Below are positions 1 to 11,525 of a DNA stretch of 64,000 nucleotides, in pieces; the first letter of the stretch is position 1; each line of letters begins with the position of its first letter. Location: contig NW_024704743.1 in assembly GCF_018977255.1 (NCBI RefSeq), positions 38,628,001 through 38,692,000 on the forward strand, written 5' to 3'. The stretch is from Callorhinchus milii (taxonomy: Eukaryota). The position numbers were made by a program, and so were the translations under genes. The notes beneath the pieces are model-generated. The model made no database searches. It was given only the letters and a program-made list of their open reading frames with translations, and was not told the DNA's origin.

Positions 1-39
1 ATTATTATTGCTCATCACTAATTTCTCTAACATTGGGGA

Positions 40-500
40 TCATCCTTATTGTTCTCCTCTTCATTGACTCGAGGGCCTGGCAGCCCCTTGGGTCACAGTG
101 ACCAGAACTGCATGCAGTATTCTCAGCGCAGCCTGATAAGAGCAGTGTATAGCTTGAGTATGACTTCAGAGGATCTGAACTCAACTGATTTGACAATATA
201 GCCCAGCATCCTGTTTGCCTTGTTTATTGCTGTCTCACATTGTTTCCATATGGTGAGCAATGAGTCAACTGACACCAGTAGATGTCATTCAGGTTCCCCT
301 TTGGCAGTTTCTATCTTGTCCTTGGAGAACATGTGCCTGCTATTCTTACTTCCTGTATACAATACCTTGCATTTATCCGTATTGAACTTCATTTGCCAGT
401 CATTAGCACATGCGCATACCATACCAAGCTCTCTTTGTAAAGACCATTGCTGCTTTCTCTGATTCCACAGTTCCCCTCTACTCTGTGTCATCAGCAAATG
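40..500 (-). mobile_element. Decayed CR1 LINE RT C-terminal fragment
   Basis: ORF 285..512(-) contains ANDWQMKFNTDKCKVLYTG, a CR1 RT motif. ccagaactgcatgcagtattc near 100-122 reads EYCMQFW on the minus strand. Confidence 0.75.
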
Positions 501-659
501 TAACAACCTCACACTTAGTCATTAATCTATAAAAGGAACAGGAAGATTCAGCAACATTAGAGACAAGTCTTCACATAAACATCAGCCCTTCTGATTAATG
601 AACTAGAAAACTGTTCCACCACTGCCTATGATGAAATGCAAGTAAAGAGACTTAGAAGT

Positions 660-770
660 ATTTGGTCTCTGCTCTGTGCTGAGCTTGACAGTAAGTGTCA
701 GTAACCATAGACTGTGAAGGAGGAAGATCAGACAGGGTCAGCCCTTGATCTCTTTCCAGTGGCACTCCAT
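660..770 (+). mobile_element. AmnSINE2-like ancient SINE fragment
   Basis: ggtctctgctctgtgctgagcttgac...ggagggaagatcagacagggtc...ctttccagtggcac-like segments align with the copies at 7390 and 22835. Confidence 0.4.
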
Positions 771-837
771 CATTCACCCTCACCTAGTGGGAAATAAACA
801 TGGCCCACAAATTCTCACAATCTCAGCCATTGTTTTA

Positions 838-1065
838 AGATTATAATAAAATATTATTGCATTTAATATAGCAATTTATCACATTGCTGAAATGTCTCAA
901 ATCACTTCACAGGATTTCCTGTTAAGTGTTGTGACTCTTATTTTGTAGACGAACTCAGAAGCTAATTTGTGCACAGCCATGTCCCACAAACAGCCACAAA
1001 GTGAATGATGTTTTTTGACGGGTTTGGGGTGGTGGTGGGGGGAAGGCATTGTTGGCCAGGATATT
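838..1065 (-). mobile_element. 5'-truncated Deu-domain SINE with L2-type tail
   Basis: ttgcatttaatatagc...tctcaaatcacttcacag...cccacaaacagcc...ttgttggccagga is shared with many other copies in the window. Confidence 0.7.
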
Positions 1066-1076
1066 GAAGATCATAT

Positions 1077-1158
1077 AGAATTTTGAAAATCTTAAATTCA
1101 GTTTTAATTTGAAAAGTAATCAAACTAAAACTGAATTTAAGTATTTTGCACAGAATTG
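1077..1158. repeat. Palindromic AT-rich MITE-like repeat (short copy)
   Basis: cttaaattcagttttaatttg / caaactaaaactgaatttaag form a 21-bp inverted repeat with 1 mismatch and a 9-nt spacer. Related copies at about 6288, 27155, 38195 and 38635. Confidence 0.65.
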
Positions 1159-1499
1159 CATTAACAGACAATGGTTTTAAGGCTAAGATTCAAGCCTCTG
1201 ATCTTCCAGTGTTATAATCCGAATGACATATTTATAAAATAGCTTTCTTGTGCAGACATTTTTCATAGCAACACAGAATATGACTTCAACATCTTAACAG
1301 AAATAATAAGATATCCTTGGCTCAGAAAGCATGCAGGCCAGACTGCTGTACAAACTGGCACAAGACCAGCTTGTTCAGTACTTGATTTGTCATCCAGTTT
1401 TTGCAATATACTAGTCAGAGTCAGAATGTGAGCTGCCTGTTTAATCCCATTCATATCCATAGCCACTTGTTTAGATTTGAACAGAATAGGAGTAAAATG

Positions 1500-1660
1500 A
1501 CAGCCTGTATAGTTAGTAGCACTCTCGCTTCTGAGTCAGAAGGTTGCGGGTTCAAGCCTCACGTCAGGACTTGGAACTTACATAATCTAAGGTGACACTC
1601 AAGTGTGGTAGAAGAGGTGCTTTGTTGGAGCGACATCCTTTGGATGAGATGTTAAACTGG
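1500..1660 (+). mobile_element. tRNA-derived Deu-SINE, 5' half
   Basis: agtagcactctcgcttctgagtcagaaggttgcgggttcaagcc is a tRNA-like head with a B-box-like motif, followed by ggatgagatgttaaac. Confidence 0.75.
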
Positions 1661-3359
1661 AATGGAATACTTTTAGCAATAGCACAAATTTTACTCCAAT
1701 AAATTTGGATAAGGAAGGTCCACAATGACATGTACACTGCTCGGGGAGGAATGTAAAGATAACTGGAGGCCTGTGAGAATGATGCACTGGTGAAACCAAA
1801 CTGAATGACTGAAGATTTATGTAGACAATCAAGAGAGGTTACATGTGTGGGAAGAAGTAAGAAACCACCAGCGAGACAATTTTTGTTTGTTTGAAAATTT
1901 GAAATGTATCCTGGGATTAGACAACAACAACAATAAATTGCATTTATATACTGCCTTTCACATTGGGAGGACGTCCCAAGGCACTGAAAGACAGTTGAAT
2001 TATTAATAGTCTCCCTGGGAGAGGAGAGGGAAGTAACTTGAGGATAATGGGAGTCTGCCTGGGGTTGAACTGGCTTCAGGAACATATGCCTGAAGAAATC
2101 AGGAAGGTCCTCAATAATCCAAGGGATTGTTGGTGCTTGACTATCCTGTGTGGCTCAACAATGAGCATTGGAGGTGTAGACATGTCTTGAACCTATTGAG
2201 CTGAAGTCATATAGATAGAGAGGTCCCAGCTGGACAAGCACCAGGGGTTCCTACTGATATAAATAAATAATAATAATCCTTGCATTTAATACCAGGCCTT
2301 TGGCATTGGGAGGGCTTCTCCAAGTGTTCCACAGGTTTTACTGTGCAGTGAATCTTTGTATTTTCTAGGTGAAACTGCACAATTAGTCTTCTCTTATCAG
2401 GCAGTGTTTCTTCACATCAGTGTTTCACACCGAAAGGAAATTCATATGAAATTTACATTTGGATTATTTTTGCTCATATCTTGAACTCAGCCTGAACTGC
2501 ATCTACTTTTCAAACGCACACCTTTCTGTAGTACTGGAGTATGATCATTCTGCCCATATTTCTACATTTTTCAACTAGCGTTCCAAAGAATCCTATTTTG
2601 ATTGATGGTTCCTGAGGAAATCCCCAAGAGCAGAGGATCAAGACAGCAGGAGGAGACAATGCAGATGAATCTTAAAGCAGCTGTTTTGTCTGGTTGGGGA
2701 CTATTTCAAGCAAGGCTCAGATCTAGTTAGTTTCGGAGACAAAGCTGTTCAGGGATGGTGGATAAAGATGGTTTTCCGCGAAGAAGACACTTGGGTCTAA
2801 TTTGCTGTTATTACTGATTAAGGCATCCCTTAATAAAAAAAATCCTGTTAGAATTCCTGTCAATCTGCAGGAAATCCGCTTGCATGACTCAGATTCTGTA
2901 TTAAGGAATCTTATTGAATATCACAAATTAGACTGCACTTTGTCTGCTGTCGTTCAAATTTGGAGCCTGTAAAATACAATGTTGAAGCTGGGCCCAAATA
3001 TATGAGTCATAAAAACCTGCGTGAAAGAGCTTCACTGATGGCTTAGCAAGTTTACCCAGTGAGTAGCATAGGTCTGATCCATTGATTGAGCTGAATTCAC
3101 TGATCTCAGACTGTATACTGATGAGGCTGCTGTACTGACCCAGGCTAGGGAACATCAGTTTAGCCTCATGTTATTCTGTTTTTTTTTGACTGTTGCCTAA
3201 ATTCTCTAGAAGTTACAGTTAGTGCAGTGACTTCAGGTTGGCGAACACCGTCTTTTCGACCCCAGTACAGTGATGTTCAACTATATTGACCAATTGTGTT
3301 TTTAACTGGGTTGTTCCAGATAATGGCCTCATTAAGCAGCACTTCTAGGTCTATGTAGC

Positions 3360-3790
3360 ACAGATTAGATTCAATGTAAAACTTGAGACACTCTCCCAAT
3401 CAATGTGCCATGCCTCAGCCTTAAATCTCCAGTGTAAGATTTTCCACTGAGTGATGTTCCCCACTTCCAATTAAGAGCAAATGATAACAGAATTGCTGGA
3501 AATCCACAGCAGGACCTCAGCAACTGAATCAGCGTTTCTTCCTCCTATAACACTCTGGTCGACTTGCTGTGGAGCTCCAGCAAATGCACCTTCGACTTTT
3601 CGCCTCTATCAAGTTTTGACAGTTTGCACTAAGATCCGATCGATGCCTGTTAGGAAATGAGTTGAGGTTAGCCAAAGTCATGCCTCACAGGACTCCTGGA
3701 GTCAGAAGAATTACATCCTACCAGTCTGACCCGGATTTTAAACCCCTCTCCCCATGCCTCAGAGTTGAAAAGGGAGTGAGCTAATACAGT
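3360..3790 (-). mobile_element. LF-SINE-like ancient SINE, interrupted by a Penelope-type hairpin at 3486-3600
   Basis: The reverse complement gives cttttcaactct...gtttaaaatccgggtcagactggtag...cctgtgaggcatgactttggctaacctcaactcatttcctaac and aggctgaggcatggcacattg. These are collinear with the recalled LF-SINE consensus (CCTTTCACCTCT...GTTCGAATCCAGCCCAGGTCGGTAG...CCTATGTGAAATGAGTTGG...CTCAGTCCAGTTCCTAG...GGTTGAGGCACATTG). Confidence 0.55.
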
Positions 3791-4194
3791 ATCTCTCTCT
3801 GCTTTCAGTGTTGCTCCAGCAACTCAGGAACCCAGGGTCTGGAAGGAATTAGGATTTGGATTTATTTGGACTTTGGCTCACTCTTCTGTTTTTTATGTAA
3901 TTGGCTTTTTGAAATTAACAGGAGCTGTGCTTTGTGGCTTTTTGATCTAACACTAAACAGAATGTCTTGTGAGCTGTAGCAGGCAGTTATTAAAACATTT
4001 TACATTAGACCGTTACTGCCTCATATAATAAATGCTCTTGGGGTGCTAATCCTGTATCGGAAGAGGGAGGAAAGGGTTTGACATTATTTTCCGTTGGGGA
4101 GTAAAGACTGAAGAATCATGTGATGTTTGTATCAGTGTGCTATTGCATTGAAGCAATATGTTGAAACTCGTTCTGTCATCATATTGGGTTCTTC

Positions 4195-4296
4195 TCGGTT
4201 CTATCAAGTTTTGGCAGGTTGCACTATATGTCGATGCCTGTTCAGAAATGAGCTGAGGTTAGCCAAAGTCATACCTGAGGTTAGCCAAAGTCATAT
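4195..4296 (-). mobile_element. Second LF-SINE-like fragment with a short internal tandem duplication
   Basis: tctatcaagttttggcaggttgcact...tcgatgcctgttcagaaatgagctgaggttagccaaagtcat is nearly the same as 3605-3682. ctgaggttagccaaagtcata occurs twice in tandem. Confidence 0.55.
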
Positions 4297-4479
4297 AATA
4301 AAATTATTACCCTGGCAAACTATGGCAGATGGAATCTCAGTTTAACTGAAGGATGGGGACCTCCAACAATGCAGCACACCTCTGTTAGGGTAACTATCTT
4401 ATTAGCTAGAGGGTGCTCCTTTATAATGTAGCAGCATCAAAGGTGCTTGCTGACTGAAGAAGTTGCTCTATACTAGTTA

Positions 4480-4910
4480 GTAATAATCCTTGCATTTTAT
4501 AAAGCTCCTACAATGTCAAAACAAATTTCAGATTGCTTCAAAGGTAATTGTTGTAAATTTTAGTGACTGTATTTATAGGCAAATACACATCAGCCAATTT
4601 TATGCACACCAATGCCCCACAAACAGCCTTATAGTGAATGATTAATTTATGTGGAAGATTGTTGACCATGACACCTAGAGAAAGTTTCTTCTCTTTTCGA
4701 GTAGTGCCATGGGGTCTTTAACGTCGAACCGAGCAGGCAGAAGGGATCTCAGTTTAAATAAAGGATGAGACCTCCAATAATGCAACACACCTCTGCTACT
4801 GCGCTGGAGTGTCAGCCTAGTCTAGGAGTCTCAAAGTTCCAGCATGGAGCTTGTACACACAAACTTGTAACCCAAGATGTATTAATACTACCAATTGAGC
4901 CAAGCTGATA
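4480..4910 (-). mobile_element. Near full-length tRNA/Deu-domain SINE
   Basis: (taa)n-ccttgcatt tail at 4480, Deu core (gtagtgccatggggtctttaacgtc), and head ...taccaattgagccaagctga at about 4890-4908. Confidence 0.8.
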
Positions 4911-5704
4911 GTTAGTGGATTTGCTCTTTATTCAGCCCCTCAACCAACAGACTCTGCATGTATCAGACACAATGGGTTAAATGGCCCTGATTTGTGCACA
5001 TACCTTCTCTGTAATCAGTGGAGGAACAACTATTACCTCATAGACTTACGACAAATGGAAATGAATGGCTTAAATTAAAAAGTCTGATTCCACCACGTAA
5101 TGTAAATACCACTTACAGAAACAGCTAATTCACTGGGATGCTTGGAGTTTGACAGACGGATATCTACTGTCTACTTGGAAGCACCTACGAAAACCTGGTT
5201 TCTTTAATGAAATACAGTAATAGCTGGGGGTGGGAAAGCAATAAGTAATATGTATCATATCCAATCTGCTATGAGATGCTGCATTTTTCACCTCATCGTG
5301 CTCATGCGGTGTGACTGTATAGTTCCATGATCTTGTGTTTGTAAGTGGAAAGATTTGCTGAACGCTTTCTTTATTTAAGATGGTGGTGCCCTTTTAAGAC
5401 TTTAATCCTTGATGCGCTTGCTATGGAACTTATGCCAACTGTCTGCAGTTCTCCTTTGTTCAGCAGGATAAGGATTACTTTGAAACAATCTGGATCCATT
5501 GTAGAACGTGACAACATTATTAAACTTGCACAAGCTTACAATAAGTGAGCATTGGTAAAGTTTGGAGGTGCCTTAATATATTTTTGAAATTTCTGGGTAG
5601 AGAGACTAAACTTATTTTGGATAATAATAATAATCCTTGTATTTTATATTATGTTATTGAGATGTCTCAAACTGTTTCACAGGGTTTTTACTGTGACGAT
5701 CTGG

Positions 5705-5925
5705 GTAGTGGGTAGTGGAAAGCTGGAACTCTTTCCTCCAAAAGGCTGGGGAAGCTGGATCCATTCACATTTTCAAGACAGAGGTGGATAAATATTTATT
5801 ATGTCAAGGTATTAAGGGAAATGGGGCAAGGGCAGGTAACTGGACTTGAGGTACAAATCAGCCATGATCTTATAAAATGGCGAAACAGACTCGAGGAGCT
5901 GAATAGCCTACTCCTGTTTCTATGT
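5705..5925 (+). mobile_element. CR1 LINE 3' end
   Basis: ttcaagacagaggtggataaatattt...atcagccatgatctta...atggcgaaacagactcgaggagctgaatagcctactcctgtttctatgtttcta is a typical CR1 3' UTR and tail. Confidence 0.8.
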
Positions 5926-6287
5926 TTCTAAGAGAAGTGACTGTATTTTGTAGGCAGATGCAACAGCCATGACAGTTTTATTTGGGAGATTGTTGGATGT
6001 ATGAAGAATTATAGAAGTAGTTAAAATAGAAACAACATGGAAATAGATTAACTGTGATGATCGATTGTCCTTTGAAATAGGTGCATAATAAAATGAATTA
6101 AAAAAAATAAAAGAGAATAAAAAATGCAAATATGATTGCCTGTCAATGCCAAAATGTTACATTTTGTTGTGTGCTGCAGAGCGGGTTCGTAGAATGTTCA
6201 GAACAGGGCGGCCTCATGGAAATGTATTGCAGAATGATGAAAAGAAAAGGCCTAACATTTCTCATTCTCTTAGTCTTAAAGTTATGC

Positions 6288-6420
6288 AAAATTTTGGCAA
6301 ATTCTTAAATTCAGTTTTAATTTCAAGCTAGTTTTCAATTATTAAATTGTTTAAAAGAACAGCAAAAAAACAGGCTTCCAACCTAAGATTGACTTGAACA
6401 ATTTTCTAAAATTCTGAACA
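6288..6420. repeat. Palindromic AT-rich MITE-like repeat
   Basis: aattttggcaaattcttaaattcagttttaatttcaag...ctaagattgacttgaacaattttctaaaattctg is homologous to the copies at 1077 and 38195. Confidence 0.55.
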
Positions 6421-7389
6421 ACAACAAATTATATTTGTAGAGAACAACAAATTATATTTGTATAGCACCTTTCACATCAGGAGGACATCCCAAGGCACTG
6501 AACGATCTTAGATTTCAAGACAATACCATGGTTGTGGCTAAGTCCATGGGGAGGTTTGGAACATACATTTTTCTCCCAGAAATGTACACCTGAGGTGGGT
6601 GCATGGAACAGGAAGATAGAAGAGAATTTAGAGTCCTTCCTTTTAGTAACGGTGGAGAAATCAGATACAAAATGAATCCACAGCTGTTTCTGGCAGGCAC
6701 GAGATTACTGAACTGATTTTGGTGTTTGATTTAGGCAGACATACTCGAATGCAGTGCTGGGGTTGGGGTGGGGTGGGTTGGCGGTAGCTCTTCCTGGTAA
6801 CTTGACCAGCAATAATCTTACCAGGTAAAATTGTTTGTGCATCTCATGACGGTTTGTTGGAACTTTCCTCCCTCCCTCCAATCTATCTGTCTCTCTCTGT
6901 CTTTCCAGAAAGAAGTCTTCACCCTTCTTAGCAAGGAAGTGAGGTGTAAAACTAGGAGATGCAGTGCAGAATGTTACTTTGCTAATCTGGCTGTGCACAT
7001 GAAATTCACTATATGTTCGACCACATTCAATGGGGAAAATCACAGTGGATGTAATTGCATGGCTGTGAGATGGTATTTAGTGTTGCAAAGAGCCTTTTCG
7101 CGACATTAAATAACTAGAAAATCAGTTCATTTACATGAAGCTGTGACATACTTTCAAATTACTGCACCACAATTTCCTCGGGACACCGGGGAGGAAATAG
7201 CCAGTTGTGGTAGAGTAAAAATAACAAGGCCATTTCCTCCCTAGGTTGTCAGAGCAAATAAAAAAATATTGGAACAACAGGCAGGAAGGCCACTGAGGAG
7301 GGCCATTGGGATAAGGGGTATGTGAGTGAACAAATATTTGGAAAACCAATTTGCGGCCAGGTGCATTCAGGAGTGCAGTGACGCTCTCT

Positions 7390-7580
7390 TAAATGCCTCA
7401 ATTGGTAAAGGCACTGGCCAGTGTGAAGCTAAACCTTACAGATGTGGAATTTCTGCTGGCTGAGTTTGCTGATCTCAGCACTGACCTCAGTAGCTCTGGA
7501 GCAAGGAAAGGAAAAATCAGCCAGGGTCCCAGCTCATGATTACTGTACTATCCAGTGACACACATTCATGAGGAGCAGGA
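7390..7580 (+). mobile_element. AmnSINE2-like ancient tRNA SINE (5' part)
   Basis: ctcaattggtaaaggcactggccagtgtg...gctgagtttgctgatctcagc...ggaaaaatcagccagggtcccagctcatgat...tatccagtgac follows the recalled AmnSINE2 consensus. Confidence 0.6.
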
Positions 7581-9199
7581 GAACTAAAATCCAGGTTTCC
7601 AGCTCCACATCTGTCCACTGCTTGAAGTATATTGGGATCTAATTTGTCATGTTTATTATTAAGACCTTGTGTTGCAGATGCTGATGATTCTAAAAGCATG
7701 GTCAACAAAAGTGTCCACATTCCACAGAAACATTTGTGTATTTTTTTTAGAAATATAGAAGACAAATGTGTCTTACAATCCTGATCTTAATAACTTATTT
7801 CAGAGAAGCTTCAAGGCTTTATTATTGAAATATAAACAATAATCCTGTTAAGGAACGAGATTCTGGGCAAAGCAAAGCAAATACTGTCAGTACTGGAGCA
7901 TGCCTGCCTGTCATGTTATCCAGAAACGGACAGCTTCCTTACTGTGTCTGCCTGCCTTGTGTTTCACAACTATTTAAAATGTTTATAAAATCCCTTCCAA
8001 GTACCCAAAACCCAAAATAAAATTCCATGAGGTTGTCCTCAATAAGACTTCCAAAGCATACTTTATTAAAGAGAAAAGAAGCCCAACTAGATATTAAAGT
8101 GTTCTTCATTTATGATTGTCACATACCACAGTTAACACTTTGAAGAAATGTGGAAAGGATTTCATGTTGTTAATCCTTTCACTCACAGATCTTTCTTCTC
8201 AGCGACTGTGTGGAGGGAGACAGTGGCAGCTGCAGATTAGTTTCCCGTCACCACTCCACCCCACAATCATCACCATCAAAACAAATCTGTTTCTGGAATT
8301 TCATTTTTGTTTAAATATTATTTGTGACAAGTTTAAAAGTTCATTTGAAAGTGAATCTTAGTATGAGTTATTGTATTCTAATAATTTTCCAATGTTACTG
8401 TACTTCTGAGTGCTGGCCTGATATTATGAGTTATATTTGCATTATGTAATGTGAGAAATTGCTTTAGTGTGATACCCAAAGGAAAAATTGTACCTTATTC
8501 TTTTTACAACGCTGGAGTTGAGCAGAACTTTTAATCGAAAGAGTTATAGCTTTGATCTTAATTTTACAATGTTTGGGCAATGCATGTTAGAGCTCGGATT
8601 TCACGCTAAAGTGAGGAGCCTCCGTCACTTTACATTTATATATATTTATGTGTATCGTCAGCCAGGTGTCCACTACCTACTGACTCAGTTGTTAAATGCA
8701 CTGATCTTGTTAGCTGCTGTGTTACATAGATAAAAAGGGGTTTTGATTTGGCCCCATGTCTGTGGTATGACAGGCCATTGGTGGAGGTAATACAGGGGTA
8801 CTCAGCATTCCCCTCAGCATCCTCCCTCCTACAATTAAATAGCCCGCTGCCATTCATGGCCTGTGCTTCACATGTAATGAATGGGAACATGGAGTAAGCG
8901 ACACCAGTGCCTTTGGAACAGTAGTCCTTCAGGAGAGGAGTGCTGAAGTGGAGGAGAAAGTAAGCAGATTTGGTTATAGTTGTCATGGTGATGCAACAAA
9001 TTATACAATGGCAAATGAGGTTGTGTGACAGCGTATATAACAGCCATCTGTTGCAAAAGCCCCACTTGAGATCACAATCTTGCTGAACCATCTGAAGGAG
9101 GTACTTCTCAACAGAGAAGGAAAGGAGATGGGAGGGAGGGCACGTCAGCCCACAGGCCCTTCTGTGCACTTCCCAACAGCTGGATGAATTCGTAATTCA

Positions 9200-9645
9200 C
9201 ACTTGTCTGTGTCAAGAGGTTGTGGGTTCAAGTTCCTTGTCTCACGCCGAGACTATGAGCTCACAGATTAGGCTGACACTCTAATGAAGTGCTGAAGGGC
9301 TAGGTGTGCACTCCTTTGCCAGATGTGCTGTATTTTAGATAAGATGTTAAAACAAGGCCCGCCTTCTCGCTGTTTTTTTGGACATTTCAGGTAGATTTTA
9401 AAGATCCAGTGGCACTACTCAAAAACAAAGAGGAGTCTCTCTCAATGTTCTGGTTAAAGATCCCCTAGATAACAATTATATATTTACTTCATTGGCTGTT
9501 TATGGGACATAGTTGTGTGAAAATTAGCTGCTGCATTCACCTGCAAATACAGTCACTACACTTAACAGTAAAAATCCTGTGAAGTACTTTGAGATGTTTT
9601 GATTTTTTGACAATGGGACTATATCAAATGCAAGGATTATTATAA
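9200..9645 (+). mobile_element. Near full-length tRNA/Deu-domain SINE
   Basis: Head ggttgtgggttcaagt, core agatgttaaaacaaggccc...aaagatccagtggcactac, tail ctatatcaaatgcaaggattattat. Confidence 0.8.
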
Positions 9646-10129
9646 TTGCCATCAAATGTTGCGACTATGCATTTGCAAGTGAAGTGAATGATCAATTTAT
9701 TAGGAGGATTGTTGGCCAGGATATTGGGAGAAACTCATGAGATGTTGAATAACCAGCTCAACAGGCTGATGAAACACTGGCTTAATGTCCGATCCAGAAA
9801 ACAATGTGGTCCTTAATCAACACTGCAGTGGAGGTAGCAGTCTAACCTGTGTCACAAGGTGACTGGTACCCTCCAGAAATTATTACCTTTAGAATTCCAG
9901 CAGTTTGTGAAAATGACTTTCTTCCATAGGCATCAGCAATACTATGAAAAAACTGTCTGAGCTCTGGATTCAGTGAGAAGGAATCTAAAGAGCTTGAATC
10001 ATCAGCCCTGATATAAGAACCCTAGTGCTTAGATCTGTTTCCTGCTGTGATTCCACCTCTGTGACATTGCTGAGCTGTGCTGCTGGTTTCTCTTCTCTTC
10101 TAACAGTCTGATCTGCTCTTGTTGTTTAG

Positions 10130-10219
10130 GCAAAGGCAGCTCAAGCATCTCATCCGACGTGAGTTCAAATACAGATCATACACCGACCAAAGGCAGAAGG
10201 AATGCAGCTACCAGCGAAG
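10130..10219 (+). CDS. FBXL7: F-box/LRR-repeat protein 7, internal coding exon 2 (90 bp, phase 1 to phase 1)
   Basis: Pyrimidine-rich acceptor ...gctcttgttgtttAG (AG at 10128-10129) and donor AAG|GTAGGC (GT at 10220-10221). Translation (G)KGSSSISSDVSSNTDHTPTKGRRNAATSE matches the recalled human FBXL7 N-terminus GKGSSSISSDVSSSTDHTPTKAQKNVATSE. Too short to appear in the ORF track. Confidence 0.95.
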
Positions 10220-10457
10220 GTAGGCATCTGGTCTTCATTAAAACTTTTTGTCCTTTTGTGCTGAATTTTCTTTTGGCAGGAGTTGGTGGGGATGGAGAGG
10301 AAAGAACACATTTTACATTTTAATTAAAACCAACTTGGCTTTACTAGCGTTCAGGATTTATTTTCAGGAGAAAAAGAAAGCAATGTGAAGTTATATGTGA
10401 GTCAGGCAGAGCTACTTCACGTAAGGGCAGTTATTACAACATTTGGAAACCGACAAT

Positions 10458-11525
10458 GACAACAACAAATTACATTTGTTTCTCACATCGGGAGGATGTC
10501 CCATGGCCCTGGACAGTGAGAGATTTGGACCTGAGCTGGAGATTGGGATCAGGAGGGGTGGAGGGCATGGAGGTTAGCCATAGGAGGGTGGCTGAAGGCG
10601 TGGTCGAAGAGAAGGGTCTTGAGACGTGCTGTGAAGGAGGCAATGGTGGGAGCAGGTGAAGGGATTGTGGGATGTAGTTCCAATGGGTGGGGGCAGAGAG
10701 GCTGAAGGCCTGATCACCGATGGTGGGACGGACTGGGAGGGGGACATGGAGCAGGCCAAAGCCTGCTGAGCAGAGGAAGCAGACAGGTTGATATGGGGTG
10801 AGCAGGTCACAGAGGTAGGAAGGAGCAAGGCCATGGAGGCCTTTGACGGCGAGGACAAGGATTTTGAACTCTATCTTCTGGATGATGGGGAGCCAGTGGA
10901 GCCGGGTGAGGGTGGGGATTATAGGGTCATGGAGCCTGGTGCAGGAGAGGACATGAGCTGCAAAGTTCTGGATAATCTGCAACCTGTTGGGGGAGGAGTT
11001 GGGGAGGCCAACAAGCAGGGAGATGGTGTAGTCGAGCCAAGATGTAATAAATGCATGGATGAGGGTTTCAACGGCCTGAGGGAAGAGTACTGGTGGAACC
11101 GGGCGATGTCGCGGAGTTGGGGGAAGGCAGAGCGAGACATGGCACGGATGTGTGGTAGAAAGGACAGTTGAGGGTCAAACAAGATGCCAAGATGGAGATA
11201 TTGTGAAAGGTAAAGTCTGAACCATCAAGGACAGACCATAAAGGTTGAGGTGAGAGGAGAGGCGATGGAGGAGGATAGAGTGGTCAACTGTGTCAAAGGC
11301 AACAGAGAGGTCAAGGAGGATGAGGAGGCAGAGGGAGCCCTGATCCCAGATGGACAAAATGTCATTGTGACTTTAAACAGGGCTGTTTCTGTGTTGTGGG
11401 TGGCACGGAAACCCAATTGGAGGGGTTAGTAGAGGGAGTGGCGGGAGAAGAAGGAGCGAAGCAACGATTCATTCCAAGACCTTGGAAAGGAAAAGGAGGT
11501 TGGAGATAGAGCTGTAATTGGAGAG
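10458..11525 (-). mobile_element. L2 LINE, 5'-truncated and frameshifted ORF2 (RT and C-terminus) with (ttg)n tail
   Basis: Peptides GFRATHNTETALFKV, LLILLDLSVAFDTVDHSILLHRL, FDPQLSFLPHI and QIIQNFAAHVL...LHWLPIIQKIEFKILVL...LHGLAPSYLCDLL are L2 ORF2 signatures. Tail acaacaacaaattacattt at about 10459. Confidence 0.92.

Noticed and set aside
1564..2085. 173-aa ORF
   Set aside because: Runs across a SINE and an L2 tail, so it is a chance read-through.
6417..6470. Short local tandem duplications (also 12855-12890, 15547-15582, 28975-29030, 39970-39990)
   Set aside because: Ordinary slippage duplications with no sign of function.
8636..9169. Longest ORF in the track (177 aa, minus strand)
   Set aside because: No recognisable domain, Cys/Leu-rich random-like composition, no evident splice structure, and antisense within an intron.
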